From an uncultured Gammaproteobacteria bacterium (GTDB taxonomy: Bacteria; Patescibacteriota; Microgenomatia; Levybacterales; GWA1-39-11), in contig CAYVFE010000001.1 in assembly GCA_964450885.1 (NCBI GenBank), positions 246,572 through 310,571 of the forward strand: a stretch of DNA of 64,000 nt, in the 5' to 3' direction. A program made the translations under genes and the position numbers. Positions within the stretch are counted from its first letter, which is position 1. Each line of letters opens with the position of its first letter. Under the pieces are notes generated by a model that saw only the letters and a list, made by a program, of their open reading frames with translations, was not told the origin of the DNA and made no database searches. This document shows positions 37,223 through 46,359 of the stretch, piece by piece.

Positions 37223-37435
37223 ATGAAAAAGACAGTAAAAGAAGAATTAAAAACAAAAACAAAAGAAGAGATGGTAAAGTCTTTAAAGGATTTAAGAGCG
37301 AAAATCTCTAAAATGTCTCTTGACATTTCTATGCAAAAAGAAAAAAATACAGCTCTTCTTAAAACAAAGAAGAAAGAGGTAACGAGAATATTAACTTTTT
37401 TAAATCAGCCTCAAATAATTGAGGATAAAAAATAA
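37223..37435 (+). CDS. rpmC: 50S ribosomal protein L29
   Basis: 70 aa. Helical L29-like protein in the conserved position. Confidence 0.8.
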   Translation: MKKTVKEELKTKTKEEMVKSLKDLRAKISKMSLDISMQKEKNTALLKTKKKEVTRILTFLNQPQIIEDKK

Positions 37436-37438
37436 AAT

Positions 37439-37678
37439 ATGGCAAAAATATTAACAGGTACAGTAGTATCAAACAAAATGAAAAATACAGCGGTAGTTGC
37501 AGTAGATAGAGTTATTGCGCATCCGTTGTATGGAAAAAAATTGAGAAGAACGACTAAGTTTAGTGCAGATACAAATAATATGACTATCGAGGTTGGAGAC
37601 ACAGTAAGAATAGAAGAAGCTAAAAAACTTAGCAAGACAAAACATTTTAAAGTTATAGGAAAGGAGACCTCAAAGTAA
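37439..37678 (+). CDS. rpsQ: 30S ribosomal protein S17
   Basis: TGTVVSNKMKNTAVVAVDR... Confidence 0.9.
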   Translation: MAKILTGTVVSNKMKNTAVVAVDRVIAHPLYGKKLRRTTKFSADTNNMTIEVGDTVRIEEAKKLSKTKHFKVIGKETSK

Positions 37679-37694
37679 AGTTTGAGTTTTTGAT

Positions 37695-38069
37695 ATGGTA
37701 CAGCACAGAACAATGCTATCAAGCGCAGATAATAGCGGAGCAAAGATCCTCCAGGTTATTCAGATATATGGAGGAACAGGGCGACGTTATGGGTATATAG
37801 GAGACATAGTAGGTTGTGTTGTAAAAAAGGCTTTGCCTCATACTCAATTCAAAAAAGGAGACAAGGTAAAGGTTGTTCTTGTCAGAAGCAGGAAAGAGTT
37901 TAAGAGGAATGATGGAACCTATATCAGATTTTCTGAGAACGCTGGTGTGATAATCGAAAACGAAAAAACAAAAAATCCTATGGGGACAAGAATATTTGGT
38001 CCTGTAGCAAGAGAAGTTAAGGATGCAGGATTTGCGAAGATCGCATCACTTGCAAAAAACGTAGTATAA
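37695..38069 (+). CDS. rplN: 50S ribosomal protein L14
   Basis: LSSADNSGAK motif. Confidence 0.9.
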   Translation: MVQHRTMLSSADNSGAKILQVIQIYGGTGRRYGYIGDIVGCVVKKALPHTQFKKGDKVKVVLVRSRKEFKRNDGTYIRFSENAGVIIENEKTKNPMGTRIFGPVAREVKDAGFAKIASLAKNVV

Positions 38070-38073
38070 AAAT

Positions 38074-38379
38074 ATGAAAATAAGAAGAGACGATACAGTA
38101 CAGGTTATGATGGGAAAAGATAAGGGTAAGACCGGAAAAGTCCTTAAGGTAATTCCTGCAAAAAAAATGGTACTGGTTGAAGGATTAAATCAGTTCAAGA
38201 AGCATGTAAAAGGTCAGGTGCAAGGGCAAAAATCTGAAATTGTAACTATCACAAAGCCGATGCATGCGTCTAAAGTGTCGTTAGTCGATCCTAAAAAGAA
38301 GAAACCTACGAGAGTTGGTTACAGAACAGAAAAAGGTGAAAAAATAAGATTTGCGAAAAAATCGCAAGCAACTATATAA
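38074..38379 (+). CDS. rplX: 50S ribosomal protein L24
   Basis: KIRRDDTVQVMMGKDKGKTGKV KOW motif. Confidence 0.9.
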   Translation: MKIRRDDTVQVMMGKDKGKTGKVLKVIPAKKMVLVEGLNQFKKHVKGQVQGQKSEIVTITKPMHASKVSLVDPKKKKPTRVGYRTEKGEKIRFAKKSQATI

Positions 38380-38382
38380 ACA

Positions 38383-38496
38383 ATGAAAGTTAAAGCGTCA
38401 GTTAAAAAAAGATGTTTGAAATGCAAGATTATCCGCAGAAACGGAAAAGTTCTTGTGATTTGTGAGAACCCTCGCCATAAGCAGAGGCAGGGATAG
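38383..38496 (+). CDS. rpmJ: 50S ribosomal protein L36 (zinc ribbon), in a non-canonical position
   Basis: Found by hand; below the ORF-track length cutoff. [37 protein letters not shown] shows the C-x2-C...C-x4-H pattern of L36. Confidence 0.8.
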   Translation: MKVKASVKKRCLKCKIIRRNGKVLVICENPRHKQRQG

Positions 38497-38510
38497 TATT
38501 TATTAAAATT

Positions 38511-39080
38511 ATGAGTAGTTATAAGAAAGAATTTGAAACAAAAATAAGAGAAGATTTAAAGAAAAAGTTAAATCTTAAGTCAGTTATGGCAGTGCCAAAG
38601 GTAGAAAAAATCACTGTAAATACAAGTATGAAGTCATTTTTACAGGATAAAAAAAATCTGGAAAGAGCTGCTGAGGAGCTGACAATCATAACCGGTCAAA
38701 AACCAAAAGTTGCAGCAGCCAGAACTTCTATCGCGACGTTTAAATTGCGAGAAGGAGATAAAATAGGACTATCAGTAACGCTGCGAGGAAAACGAATGTA
38801 TGATTTTTTGGAAAAACTGATTTCCGTAGTCTTTCCTAGGGTTAAAGATTTTTCAGGGATAGACTTGAAAGCTTTCGACGGACGGGGTAATATAAGCGTC
38901 GGGTTCTCTGAGCAGATAGTTTTTCCAGAAATTGATCCAGGCCAGACCGAGGCAGTAAGATCTTTGCAGGTGACCATCGTTACCAGTGCAAAGAATAATG
39001 AAGAAGGGAAAGCTCTTCTTGAAGCATTCGGAATGCCTTTTAAGAAAATAAATAAAGACGGTATAGCAGTAAAAAATTAA
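38511..39080 (+). CDS. rplE: 50S ribosomal protein L5
   Basis: [11 protein letters not shown] motif. Confidence 0.9.
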   Translation: MSSYKKEFETKIREDLKKKLNLKSVMAVPKVEKITVNTSMKSFLQDKKNLERAAEELTIITGQKPKVAAARTSIATFKLREGDKIGLSVTLRGKRMYDFLEKLISVVFPRVKDFSGIDLKAFDGRGNISVGFSEQIVFPEIDPGQTEAVRSLQVTIVTSAKNNEEGKALLEAFGMPFKKINKDGIAVKN

Positions 39081-39081
39081 T

Positions 39082-39267
39082 ATGGCAAAAAAATCGACAA
39101 TAACAAAATTAAGTAAAAAGCAGAAATTTAGTACGCGAGAGGTCAACTTATGCTCTCTTTGTGGAAGAAGCAGAGGCTATATGAGACTTTTTGGAATGTG
39201 CAGGATCTGTTTTAGAGAACGGGCATTAAAGGGTGAATTTCCAGGAGTAAAGAAATCGAGCTGGTAA
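39082..39267 (+). CDS. rpsN: 30S ribosomal protein S14 type Z (zinc-binding)
   Basis: 61 aa. [10 protein letters not shown]...CRIC cysteine cluster. Confidence 0.9.
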   Translation: MAKKSTITKLSKKQKFSTREVNLCSLCGRSRGYMRLFGMCRICFRERALKGEFPGVKKSSW

Positions 39268-39275
39268 AAATTATT

Positions 39276-39665
39276 ATGAATTATCCAATAGCATCATTTT
39301 TAACACAAATAAAAAACGCATATATGGCCCGAAAAAAGGTCGTGGTATTTCCTCACTCAAAAATGATTGAGGCAATAGGAAATATCTTGGTGAAGGAAAA
39401 ATTTGTTAAAAGCATAAAAATAACTGAGGATGGTGTCAAAAAGAATGTTGAGGTTGGGCTTTTGTATCATAGCCACGAACCGGCGCTTTCCGAGGTAAAA
39501 ATAGTTTCTAAGCCCTCGATTCATACTTATGCAAAAAAAGATGACGTAAGGCACGGAATAAATAGATTTAAGACAAATATTTTGTCTACCAATCAGGGGG
39601 TTATGACAGCAAAAGACGCAATGAAGAAAAAAATAGGCGGAGAGGTTCTCTGTACAATAAGTTAA
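39276..39665 (+). CDS. rpsH: 30S ribosomal protein S8
   Basis: Conserved S8 N- and C-terminal signatures. Confidence 0.9.
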   Translation: MNYPIASFLTQIKNAYMARKKVVVFPHSKMIEAIGNILVKEKFVKSIKITEDGVKKNVEVGLLYHSHEPALSEVKIVSKPSIHTYAKKDDVRHGINRFKTNILSTNQGVMTAKDAMKKKIGGEVLCTIS

Positions 39666-39666
39666 T

Positions 39667-40206
39667 ATGTCACATATAGGAAAACAACCAATAAATATTG
39701 AATCAGGTGTCGAGATGGTAATTGATGAAAGAGAGATTAGCGTTAAAGGGCCTAAGGGAACTTTGGGTTGGACTCTTCCGAAAGGAATAGGAATTGATTT
39801 GAAGGATAATGTAGCCACAGTTGTCATGAAAAAAGATGACAAAAATCTTTTGAAGTTTTACGGCCTGACACGATCACTTGTCGCAAATATGGTTACTGGA
39901 GTTACTAAGGGGTTTGATAAAAAGCTTGAGATGGCAGGAGTTGGATATAGAGCAAGAGTAGACGGAAGAAGCTTAGTTCTAAATGTCGGATACTCTCATC
40001 CGGTAAAAATTGATCCACCTGAGGGAATCACAATTCAGGTAGAAGAGGGAGTAATAGTTGTGAGTGGAATAAATAAGCAATTAGTAGGAGATATAGCTAG
40101 TAAAATAAGAGCTGTCAGAAAGCCCGAGCCATACAAGGGTAAAGGAATAAAATATGTAGGAGAAAAGATAAGACGTAAAGCTGGAAAGGCAGCAAAGTCA
40201 GCATAA
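39667..40206 (+). CDS. rplF: 50S ribosomal protein L6
   Basis: Two-domain L6 pattern. Confidence 0.9.
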   Translation: MSHIGKQPINIESGVEMVIDEREISVKGPKGTLGWTLPKGIGIDLKDNVATVVMKKDDKNLLKFYGLTRSLVANMVTGVTKGFDKKLEMAGVGYRARVDGRSLVLNVGYSHPVKIDPPEGITIQVEEGVIVVSGINKQLVGDIASKIRAVRKPEPYKGKGIKYVGEKIRRKAGKAAKSA

Positions 40207-40211
40207 CAATT

Positions 40212-40550
40212 ATGAAAGATCTAGTTTTAACAAGAAAAAAAAGAGCAATCAGGACGAGGTATAATATAGCTGGGAGTCAGAGAGCAAGACTTAGCGTATT
40301 TCGTTCGAATAAATATCTTTATGCTCAAGTAATCGATAAAAGTGGTGCAAAAGTGATTGCTAGCGCTACATCCAAGCAGTACGAAGGTTTAAATAAAACC
40401 CAAGCTGCGCAGAAGCTAGGAGAGGATTTTGCAAAGATTGTTATCGATAAAAAGATAAAAGATGTGGTTTTTGATAAAGGGTCTTATAAATATCATGGGA
40501 TCATAAAGGCTTTTGCAGACTCTGCTCGAAAGGGAGGATTAAATTTCTAA
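40212..40550 (+). CDS. rplR: 50S ribosomal protein L18
   Basis: RLSVFRSNKYLYAQVID motif. Confidence 0.9.
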   Translation: MKDLVLTRKKRAIRTRYNIAGSQRARLSVFRSNKYLYAQVIDKSGAKVIASATSKQYEGLNKTQAAQKLGEDFAKIVIDKKIKDVVFDKGSYKYHGIIKAFADSARKGGLNF

Positions 40551-40551
40551 T

Positions 40552-41004
40552 ATGTACGACTATAACCAAGATAGAGAAAAATACGAGGAAAAGATAGTCC
40601 AGATAAATAGGGTATCTAAAAAGACTAAAGGCGGAAACACCATGAGGTTTTCGGTGCTGGTTGTTGTTGGAGACAAAAAGGGGAAAGTTGGAGTAGGGCT
40701 AGGAAAATCGTCAGATATAGCATCAGCTATCCAAAAGGCAGTGTCTTATGCAAAAAGACACTTTATAGATGTGCCGATAGTAAATGATACTATTCCTCAC
40801 GATATTTATCTAAAGCTGGGAGCATCGAAGATACTCTTGAAGCCTGCGCCTCAGGGAAGCGGTCTTATCGCAGGAGGGGCAGTCAGAAGCGTTGTGGAGG
40901 CTGCCGGAATCAGGAATATTTCGTCAAAGATACTGGGAACAAACAATAAGGCAAGCAATGTTCATGCAACATTTGCGGCCCTAGAGAAATTGAATAATAA
41001 CTAA
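40552..41004 (+). CDS. rpsE: 30S ribosomal protein S5
   Basis: RVSKKTKGGNTMRFSVLVVVGD motif. Confidence 0.9.
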   Translation: MYDYNQDREKYEEKIVQINRVSKKTKGGNTMRFSVLVVVGDKKGKVGVGLGKSSDIASAIQKAVSYAKRHFIDVPIVNDTIPHDIYLKLGASKILLKPAPQGSGLIAGGAVRSVVEAAGIRNISSKILGTNNKASNVHATFAALEKLNNN

Positions 41005-41005
41005 T

Positions 41006-41449
41006 ATGACAAAACTAGATAATCTACAGAAAATAACGAAAAAGCCTTTAAGAAGATTAGGTCAAGGACACGGTTCCAATAGAGGAAAGACTGCAGGGAG
41101 AGGTATGAAGGGACAAAAGGCACGAACAAAAATTTCCCTTTCATTTGAAGGTGGAGCATTGCCTTTGATCAAGAGGTTGCCTCTACTTCGTGGTAAAGGA
41201 CGAAATTATACACTCAAAAAAGATTTTTACGGAGTAAATGTTAGATCTCTTGAGGCTCTCCCAGCGAAAACTATAGTTGATGAAAAGAGTCTACTAAAGT
41301 ACAATATTATTTCTAAAGATAATATGAAAAGAAGTGCTGGTATAAAAATATTGGGAAATGGAGAGCTTTCCAAGTCACTTACAGTAAAACTTCAAGTTTC
41401 AAAAGGAGCGAGAGAAAAAATCGAGTCTGCAGGTGGATCTGTAGAATAG
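41006..41449 (+). CDS. rplO: 50S ribosomal protein L15
   Basis: GQGHGSNRGKTAGRGMKGQ. Follows rpsE directly, with no L30 gene between them. Confidence 0.9.
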   Translation: MTKLDNLQKITKKPLRRLGQGHGSNRGKTAGRGMKGQKARTKISLSFEGGALPLIKRLPLLRGKGRNYTLKKDFYGVNVRSLEALPAKTIVDEKSLLKYNIISKDNMKRSAGIKILGNGELSKSLTVKLQVSKGAREKIESAGGSVE

Positions 41450-41456
41450 AAATATC

Positions 41457-42743
41457 ATGGGGAAAGCACTTGACGTTATCAAAAAAATCTTTAAAGACCC
41501 CGAACTCAGAAAAAAAATCCTAATAGTTTTAGGTCTTCTTTTAGTATTTAGATTTCTGGCACATATTCCGGTTGCAGGAGTAAATATAAATCAGCTTAGG
41601 TCTCTTTTTGACCAGAATCAGTTCTTGGGACTTTTGGATATTTTCTCAGGAGGAACTTTGTCTAACTTCTCTATTCTTGCAGTTGGAATCGGACCATACA
41701 TCTATGCCTCTATCGTGATGCAGCTTTCAGCAAAAATTTATCCGAAACTAGAAGAGCTTCAAAAAGAGGGTGAATATGGAAAAAAGAAAATAACACAATA
41801 TACCAGATACGCTACTGTTCCTTTGGGTATTCTTCAATCCATAGGTATGTACACTTTGCTTCGCAGTCAGGGGCTTATTGGAAATCTATCACCGATTGAT
41901 CTTGTTGCATTTATCGCGACCATGCTTGCCGGAACGATGCTTATTATGTGGATTGGAGAGATAATTTCTGAGCAGAATATCGGGAATGGAATCTCTTTGA
42001 TAATTTTTGCAGGTATTGTCGGGCAGCTTCCAGTTGCTGCTTTTCAGGTTATAACTACCATAAATCCGGAGCAGGTTATAAATATGATGATGTTAACGCT
42101 TATCGGAATACTCGTTATCGCGGCTATAGTTTTCGTCAACGAGTCTATCAGAAAAGTCCCTATTATGTATGCAAAAAGAATTAGGGGAGCAAATTCTCAA
42201 GCAGCACAGTCCACGCATTTACCATTGAGACTTAATTCTGCAGGTGTTATTCCTATTATCTTTGCGATTTCACTTGTGCTTCTTCCATCTCTTTTGGCAA
42301 ACTATTTTGTAGCATCCAGCAACGAGCAGCTGGCAGCGCTCGGTACATGGATAATAGCTAACTTTGGGGTAACAAGCGTGCTTTATAACGTTGTATATTT
42401 CGGGCTTATATTCGGATTCACTTATTTTTATACCGCTATAATCTTTAATCCAAAAGACATCGCCGAGAATGTGCAGCAAAGCGGTGGATTTATACCGGGG
42501 ATCCGCCCTGGCAAACAGACAGAAAAGTATCTTAACTTTATTATTACCAGAATTACCTTATTTGGAGCATTATTTTTAGGAATTGTTGCGATTCTTCCGA
42601 ATGTACTACAGGCATATACTGGTATTCAGACCCTAGTTATCGGTGGAACTAGTATTCTGATTGTCGTGACAGTTGTTATAGAGACTGTAAAGGTTTTGCA
42701 AGTTCAACTCGTTAATAGAAGCTACGACAAATTTCTCCAATAA
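41457..42743 (+). CDS. secY: Preprotein translocase subunit SecY
   Basis: 428 aa, 10 TM helices, conserved SecY plug/hinge motifs. Confidence 0.9.
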   Translation: MGKALDVIKKIFKDPELRKKILIVLGLLLVFRFLAHIPVAGVNINQLRSLFDQNQFLGLLDIFSGGTLSNFSILAVGIGPYIYASIVMQLSAKIYPKLEELQKEGEYGKKKITQYTRYATVPLGILQSIGMYTLLRSQGLIGNLSPIDLVAFIATMLAGTMLIMWIGEIISEQNIGNGISLIIFAGIVGQLPVAAFQVITTINPEQVINMMMLTLIGILVIAAIVFVNESIRKVPIMYAKRIRGANSQAAQSTHLPLRLNSAGVIPIIFAISLVLLPSLLANYFVASSNEQLAALGTWIIANFGVTSVLYNVVYFGLIFGFTYFYTAIIFNPKDIAENVQQSGGFIPGIRPGKQTEKYLNFIITRITLFGALFLGIVAILPNVLQAYTGIQTLVIGGTSILIVVTVVIETVKVLQVQLVNRSYDKFLQ

Positions 42744-42747
42744 CTCC

Positions 42748-43284
42748 ATGAAAATAATTCTAATAGGTATTCAGGGCTCTGGTAAATCCACTCAAGGAAA
42801 TCTCCTGTCCGAAAAACTTAATATCCCATATCTATCTACAGGGCACATATTCCGTAAAATAGCCAAAGAAAAGACACCATTTGGTAGATATATCAAGGAG
42901 ACTTTAAATGCTGGAGTCCTCATTCCTGATGATAAGACACTCGAGATAGTAGATGACTATTTGGGACGCGCCGAGTATAAGGAGGGATATATACTTGATG
43001 GATTTCCTAGGACTGTAAAGCAAGCAGAGCAATTTCACGAGAAAATTGATTGTGTTTTTTATCTGAATGTTTCCGATCGTGAAGCATTGTGGAGGCTTTC
43101 TTATCGTGAAGATGAGCGTGAGGATGAGACTCTTCTCGCTCTTCGCAAAAGAATAGAATTATTTCATGAGTTGACAGAGCCAGTTTTAGGTTATTATAGA
43201 GAAAAGGAGATATTAACTGAGTTAGATGGTGAGGAATCAATAGAGCAAATCAATAAAAAAATCTTGGAGAAAATAGATAAATAA
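42748..43284 (+). CDS. adk: Adenylate kinase (short, LID-less form)
   Basis: P-loop GIQGSGKSTQ. NMP-binding region STGHIFRK. 178 aa. Confidence 0.8.
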   Translation: MKIILIGIQGSGKSTQGNLLSEKLNIPYLSTGHIFRKIAKEKTPFGRYIKETLNAGVLIPDDKTLEIVDDYLGRAEYKEGYILDGFPRTVKQAEQFHEKIDCVFYLNVSDREALWRLSYREDEREDETLLALRKRIELFHELTEPVLGYYREKEILTELDGEESIEQINKKILEKIDK

Positions 43285-43288
43285 TCCC

Positions 43289-43840
43289 ATGGATGATAAA
43301 AAAATACTTGCCTTTGTAGGGATGCCTGGCGCCGGCAAGAGTGAAGCAGCTGCATATTTACAAGAAAAAAACATTCCATTTATTAGGTTTGGTAGCTTTA
43401 CCGATGAGGGGGTTAAGTCTTTAGGCATGGAGTTGAATCCAGATAACGAAAGGATCGTTAGGGAAAAATTTAGAGAAGAGTTAGGAATGGCCGCCTACGC
43501 CATTAAGGCAGAGCCAAAAATTTCTGAAATGCTAAAAACGTCTCAAATGGTAGGTATTGACGGATTATATTCATGGGAAGAATACGTCTTTCTAAAAGAA
43601 AAATTTCCAAATCTAATTTTAGTGCATATTTTCGCAGAACCTAAAGTTCGCTATGAAAGATTGTTAAATAGGCCAATCAGGCCAATCCCAATGGACAAGT
43701 CCCGTGAAAGAGACATTGCTGAACTGGAAAAACTAAATAAGGGCGGTCCCATCGCTATTGCAGATTATATAATTGAAAACGAAGGCGATTTAAATGAAAT
43801 GAAAAGTAAGATAGATAGGCTTTTAAATAGACTGGGTTAA
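43289..43840 (+). CDS. Second P-loop nucleotide kinase (dephospho-CoA-kinase-like / NMP-kinase-like), inserted between adk and map
   Basis: Walker A GMPGAGKS. The overall architecture parallels CoaE (core, then VHIFAEPKVRYERLLNR, then ADYIIENEGDLNEM tail). 183 aa. Confidence 0.4.
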   Translation: MDDKKILAFVGMPGAGKSEAAAYLQEKNIPFIRFGSFTDEGVKSLGMELNPDNERIVREKFREELGMAAYAIKAEPKISEMLKTSQMVGIDGLYSWEEYVFLKEKFPNLILVHIFAEPKVRYERLLNRPIRPIPMDKSRERDIAELEKLNKGGPIAIADYIIENEGDLNEMKSKIDRLLNRLG

Positions 43841-43842
43841 TT

Positions 43843-44613
43843 ATGGACGATAAGACAAAGAAAAAAATAGAGATAATGCAGAGGGCTGGCGCCATACTCG
43901 GACAGGTAATGGATGAGATAGTAGTTTTTGTGAAAGAAGGTGTAACAGAGCTTGATGTAGATAGGCTTGCTGAGCGGAGAATCCTGGAGCTCGGGGGAGA
44001 GCCTGGATTCAAGAAAGTCGAGGGGTATAAGCACACAATTTGTGCTTCAACAAATGACGTTGTAGTACATGGCATTCCACAAAACAGAAAGCTTGAAAAT
44101 GGCGATGTATTTGGATTTGACTGTGGTGTTTATCTTGAAGGATTTCATACGGATATGGCCGAGAGTGTTATCGTAGGCGAGGGTGATAGTGGCAAGGTAA
44201 AATTCCTTGATGTGGGTAAAAAAGCTCTTTTTAAAGCTATTTCTGAGGCAAAACCGGGGAATCACGTAGGAAATATCTCGAAAGTAATGCAAGAAGGCAT
44301 AGAAGGTAACGGATACAGTATAGTTAGAAGTCTTGTTGGGCATGGGGTAGGAAAAGAGTTACATGAAGAGCCGGAAATTCCAGGATATCTTGAGAGAAGT
44401 ATTGATAAGACGCCACAATTATATAGAGGCATGACGCTTGCTATCGAGGTGATTTATAATATGGGAAAAGCAGACGTTGTCTTTGAAGGATCAGACGATT
44501 GGACTATAGTATCTGAAGACGGATCCCTGGCTGGCCTTTTTGAGAGGACGATATATATTGATGACAATGGGCCTAAATTGATCACAAAACTGTCATCAGA
44601 CACATTAAATTAG
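43843..44613 (+). CDS. map: Methionine aminopeptidase type I
   Basis: M24A motifs DVGKKALF, GHGVGKELHEEP, LAIE. Confidence 0.85.
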   Translation: MDDKTKKKIEIMQRAGAILGQVMDEIVVFVKEGVTELDVDRLAERRILELGGEPGFKKVEGYKHTICASTNDVVVHGIPQNRKLENGDVFGFDCGVYLEGFHTDMAESVIVGEGDSGKVKFLDVGKKALFKAISEAKPGNHVGNISKVMQEGIEGNGYSIVRSLVGHGVGKELHEEPEIPGYLERSIDKTPQLYRGMTLAIEVIYNMGKADVVFEGSDDWTIVSEDGSLAGLFERTIYIDDNGPKLITKLSSDTLN

Positions 44614-44683
44614 CAAGTTCAAATGAGGCTTGCGAATAAGCTTACTATTTGTTAAAATTGGAAGAATTATTGGAGCAATATAT

Positions 44684-44899
44684 ATGGCTCATCAAGGATC
44701 AGTAGAGATAGACGGGATTGTAAAAGAGGTTTTACCTAACACCCTTTTTAGGGTTGAAATAGAAGGAGGAAAGTTAATACTCTGTCATCTATCCGGAAAA
44801 ATGAGAATTCATTTTATAAAGATATTACCGGGAGATAGAGTAAAAATCGAGATGACTCCTTACGATACAGAGAAAGGTAGAATAATTTATCGTTATTAA
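44684..44899 (+). CDS. infA: Translation initiation factor IF-1
   Basis: S1-like IF-1 sequence [25 protein letters not shown]... The start is trimmed from the ORF-track ATG. Confidence 0.85.
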   Translation: MAHQGSVEIDGIVKEVLPNTLFRVEIEGGKLILCHLSGKMRIHFIKILPGDRVKIEMTPYDTEKGRIIYRY

Positions 44900-44934
44900 T
44901 AACTTCTTAAAAAATCCCACAAAGTAAAAAAAAT

Positions 44935-45327
44935 ATGAGAGTAGCAGGAGTAAACATACCGGACGGAAAAAGGGTTGATATTTCATTAACCTATATATAT
45001 GGTATTGGTAGAAATATGGTAGGTGAAATCCTGGAAAAGGCAGGAATAGATCCTACGACTAGAACTAACAAGCTAACAGACGAAGAGGTAATTAAGTTAC
45101 AAAAGACCTTAGACAAGTACAAAATAGAGGGAGATTTACGGGCAGACAGAACGTCAAACATTAAAAGACTTAGGGATATCAATTCTTATAGAGGAACAAG
45201 ACACACGAGAGGACTGCCAGCCAGAGGACAAAGAACTCGTTCAAATGCTAGGACAAAGCGGGGAAAGAGAGTAACGATTGGTGCTATAAGAAAAGACGTA
45301 GCGGAGAAAATGGCAGCTAGTAAATAA
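44935..45327 (+). CDS. rpsM: 30S ribosomal protein S13
   Basis: MRVAGVNIP... Confidence 0.9.
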   Translation: MRVAGVNIPDGKRVDISLTYIYGIGRNMVGEILEKAGIDPTTRTNKLTDEEVIKLQKTLDKYKIEGDLRADRTSNIKRLRDINSYRGTRHTRGLPARGQRTRSNARTKRGKRVTIGAIRKDVAEKMAASK

Positions 45328-45334
45328 ATAAAAT

Positions 45335-45733
45335 ATGGCAAATACAGCAAAAAATAAAAAGACGGTAAAAAAACAAACGGTTGTCTCTACTGGTAAGGGC
45401 AAGATTTTTGTTGGAACGACCTTCAATAATACGATAGTGACTATTACTAACGAAAAAGGAGACGTGGTTGCATGGAGCAGCAGCGGAAAAGCAGGATTTA
45501 AGGGAGCAAGACGTTCTACTCCTTATGCCGCAACTCAGGCAGTAGAAGAATCACTAGCGAAAGCACGAGAGGTGGGTATTAAATCTCTTGATGTTTATAT
45601 AAAAGGTCCAGGAGTTGGACGTGATGCATCATTGCGCGCAGTCAGAAATTCAGGAATGGGAATCTCTATGATAGCGGATGTAACACCAATTCCTCACAAC
45701 GGCCCGAGAGGAAAGAAAAGAAGGAGAGTTTAA
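45335..45733 (+). CDS. rpsK: 30S ribosomal protein S11
   Basis: AWSSSGKAGFKGARRSTPYAA motif. Confidence 0.9.
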   Translation: MANTAKNKKTVKKQTVVSTGKGKIFVGTTFNNTIVTITNEKGDVVAWSSSGKAGFKGARRSTPYAATQAVEESLAKAREVGIKSLDVYIKGPGVGRDASLRAVRNSGMGISMIADVTPIPHNGPRGKKRRRV

Positions 45734-45735
45734 TT

Positions 45736-46344
45736 ATGGCAAGATACACAGGTCCAAAACATAAATTAGCGAGACGAGAAGGCGTAAACATAATAGGTAA
45801 AGCCTCTCAATCTCTTGAGAGAAGGCTCAATGTTCTTCCTGGATCTCTGGGAAGAAGATCTAGACGCTCAAGACCTTCGGAATATGGACTGCAGCTTCGA
45901 GAAAAACAAAAATTAAAGAGAATTTATGGACTTTTCGAGAAGCAATTCAGAAAGAACGTTATAGAAGCAGAACGTATGAGTGAAAATACAGAAGAGGCTC
46001 TAATTCAGCTTTTGGAATCGAGACTAGATAATGTCGTGTACCGTTTGGGATTTGCGCCTAGCAGGCCTATGGCACGCCAAATGGTATCTCATGGACACAT
46101 CAAGGTTAATGGAAAAAGACTAAATATTCCATCATATAAAGTAAAAATTGGAGAAAAAATAACAGTTTCGGAGAAGTTTGTTGCAAATGAAATCAACAAG
46201 AAAATGATTGAAGATAATCAAACAGAGCTGCTTCCTAGCCTATCGAAGGATAAAATGACCGGAGAGATGAAGAGGATGCCAAAAAGCGAAGAAATAGCAA
46301 ATCCAGTAGAATATCAATTAGTTATTGAATTTTACTCTCGTTAG
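45736..46344 (+). CDS. rpsD: 30S ribosomal protein S4
   Basis: MARYTGPK...; S4 domain. Confidence 0.9.
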   Translation: MARYTGPKHKLARREGVNIIGKASQSLERRLNVLPGSLGRRSRRSRPSEYGLQLREKQKLKRIYGLFEKQFRKNVIEAERMSENTEEALIQLLESRLDNVVYRLGFAPSRPMARQMVSHGHIKVNGKRLNIPSYKVKIGEKITVSEKFVANEINKKMIEDNQTELLPSLSKDKMTGEMKRMPKSEEIANPVEYQLVIEFYSR

Positions 46345-46359
46345 TAGTAAAATTAACTT

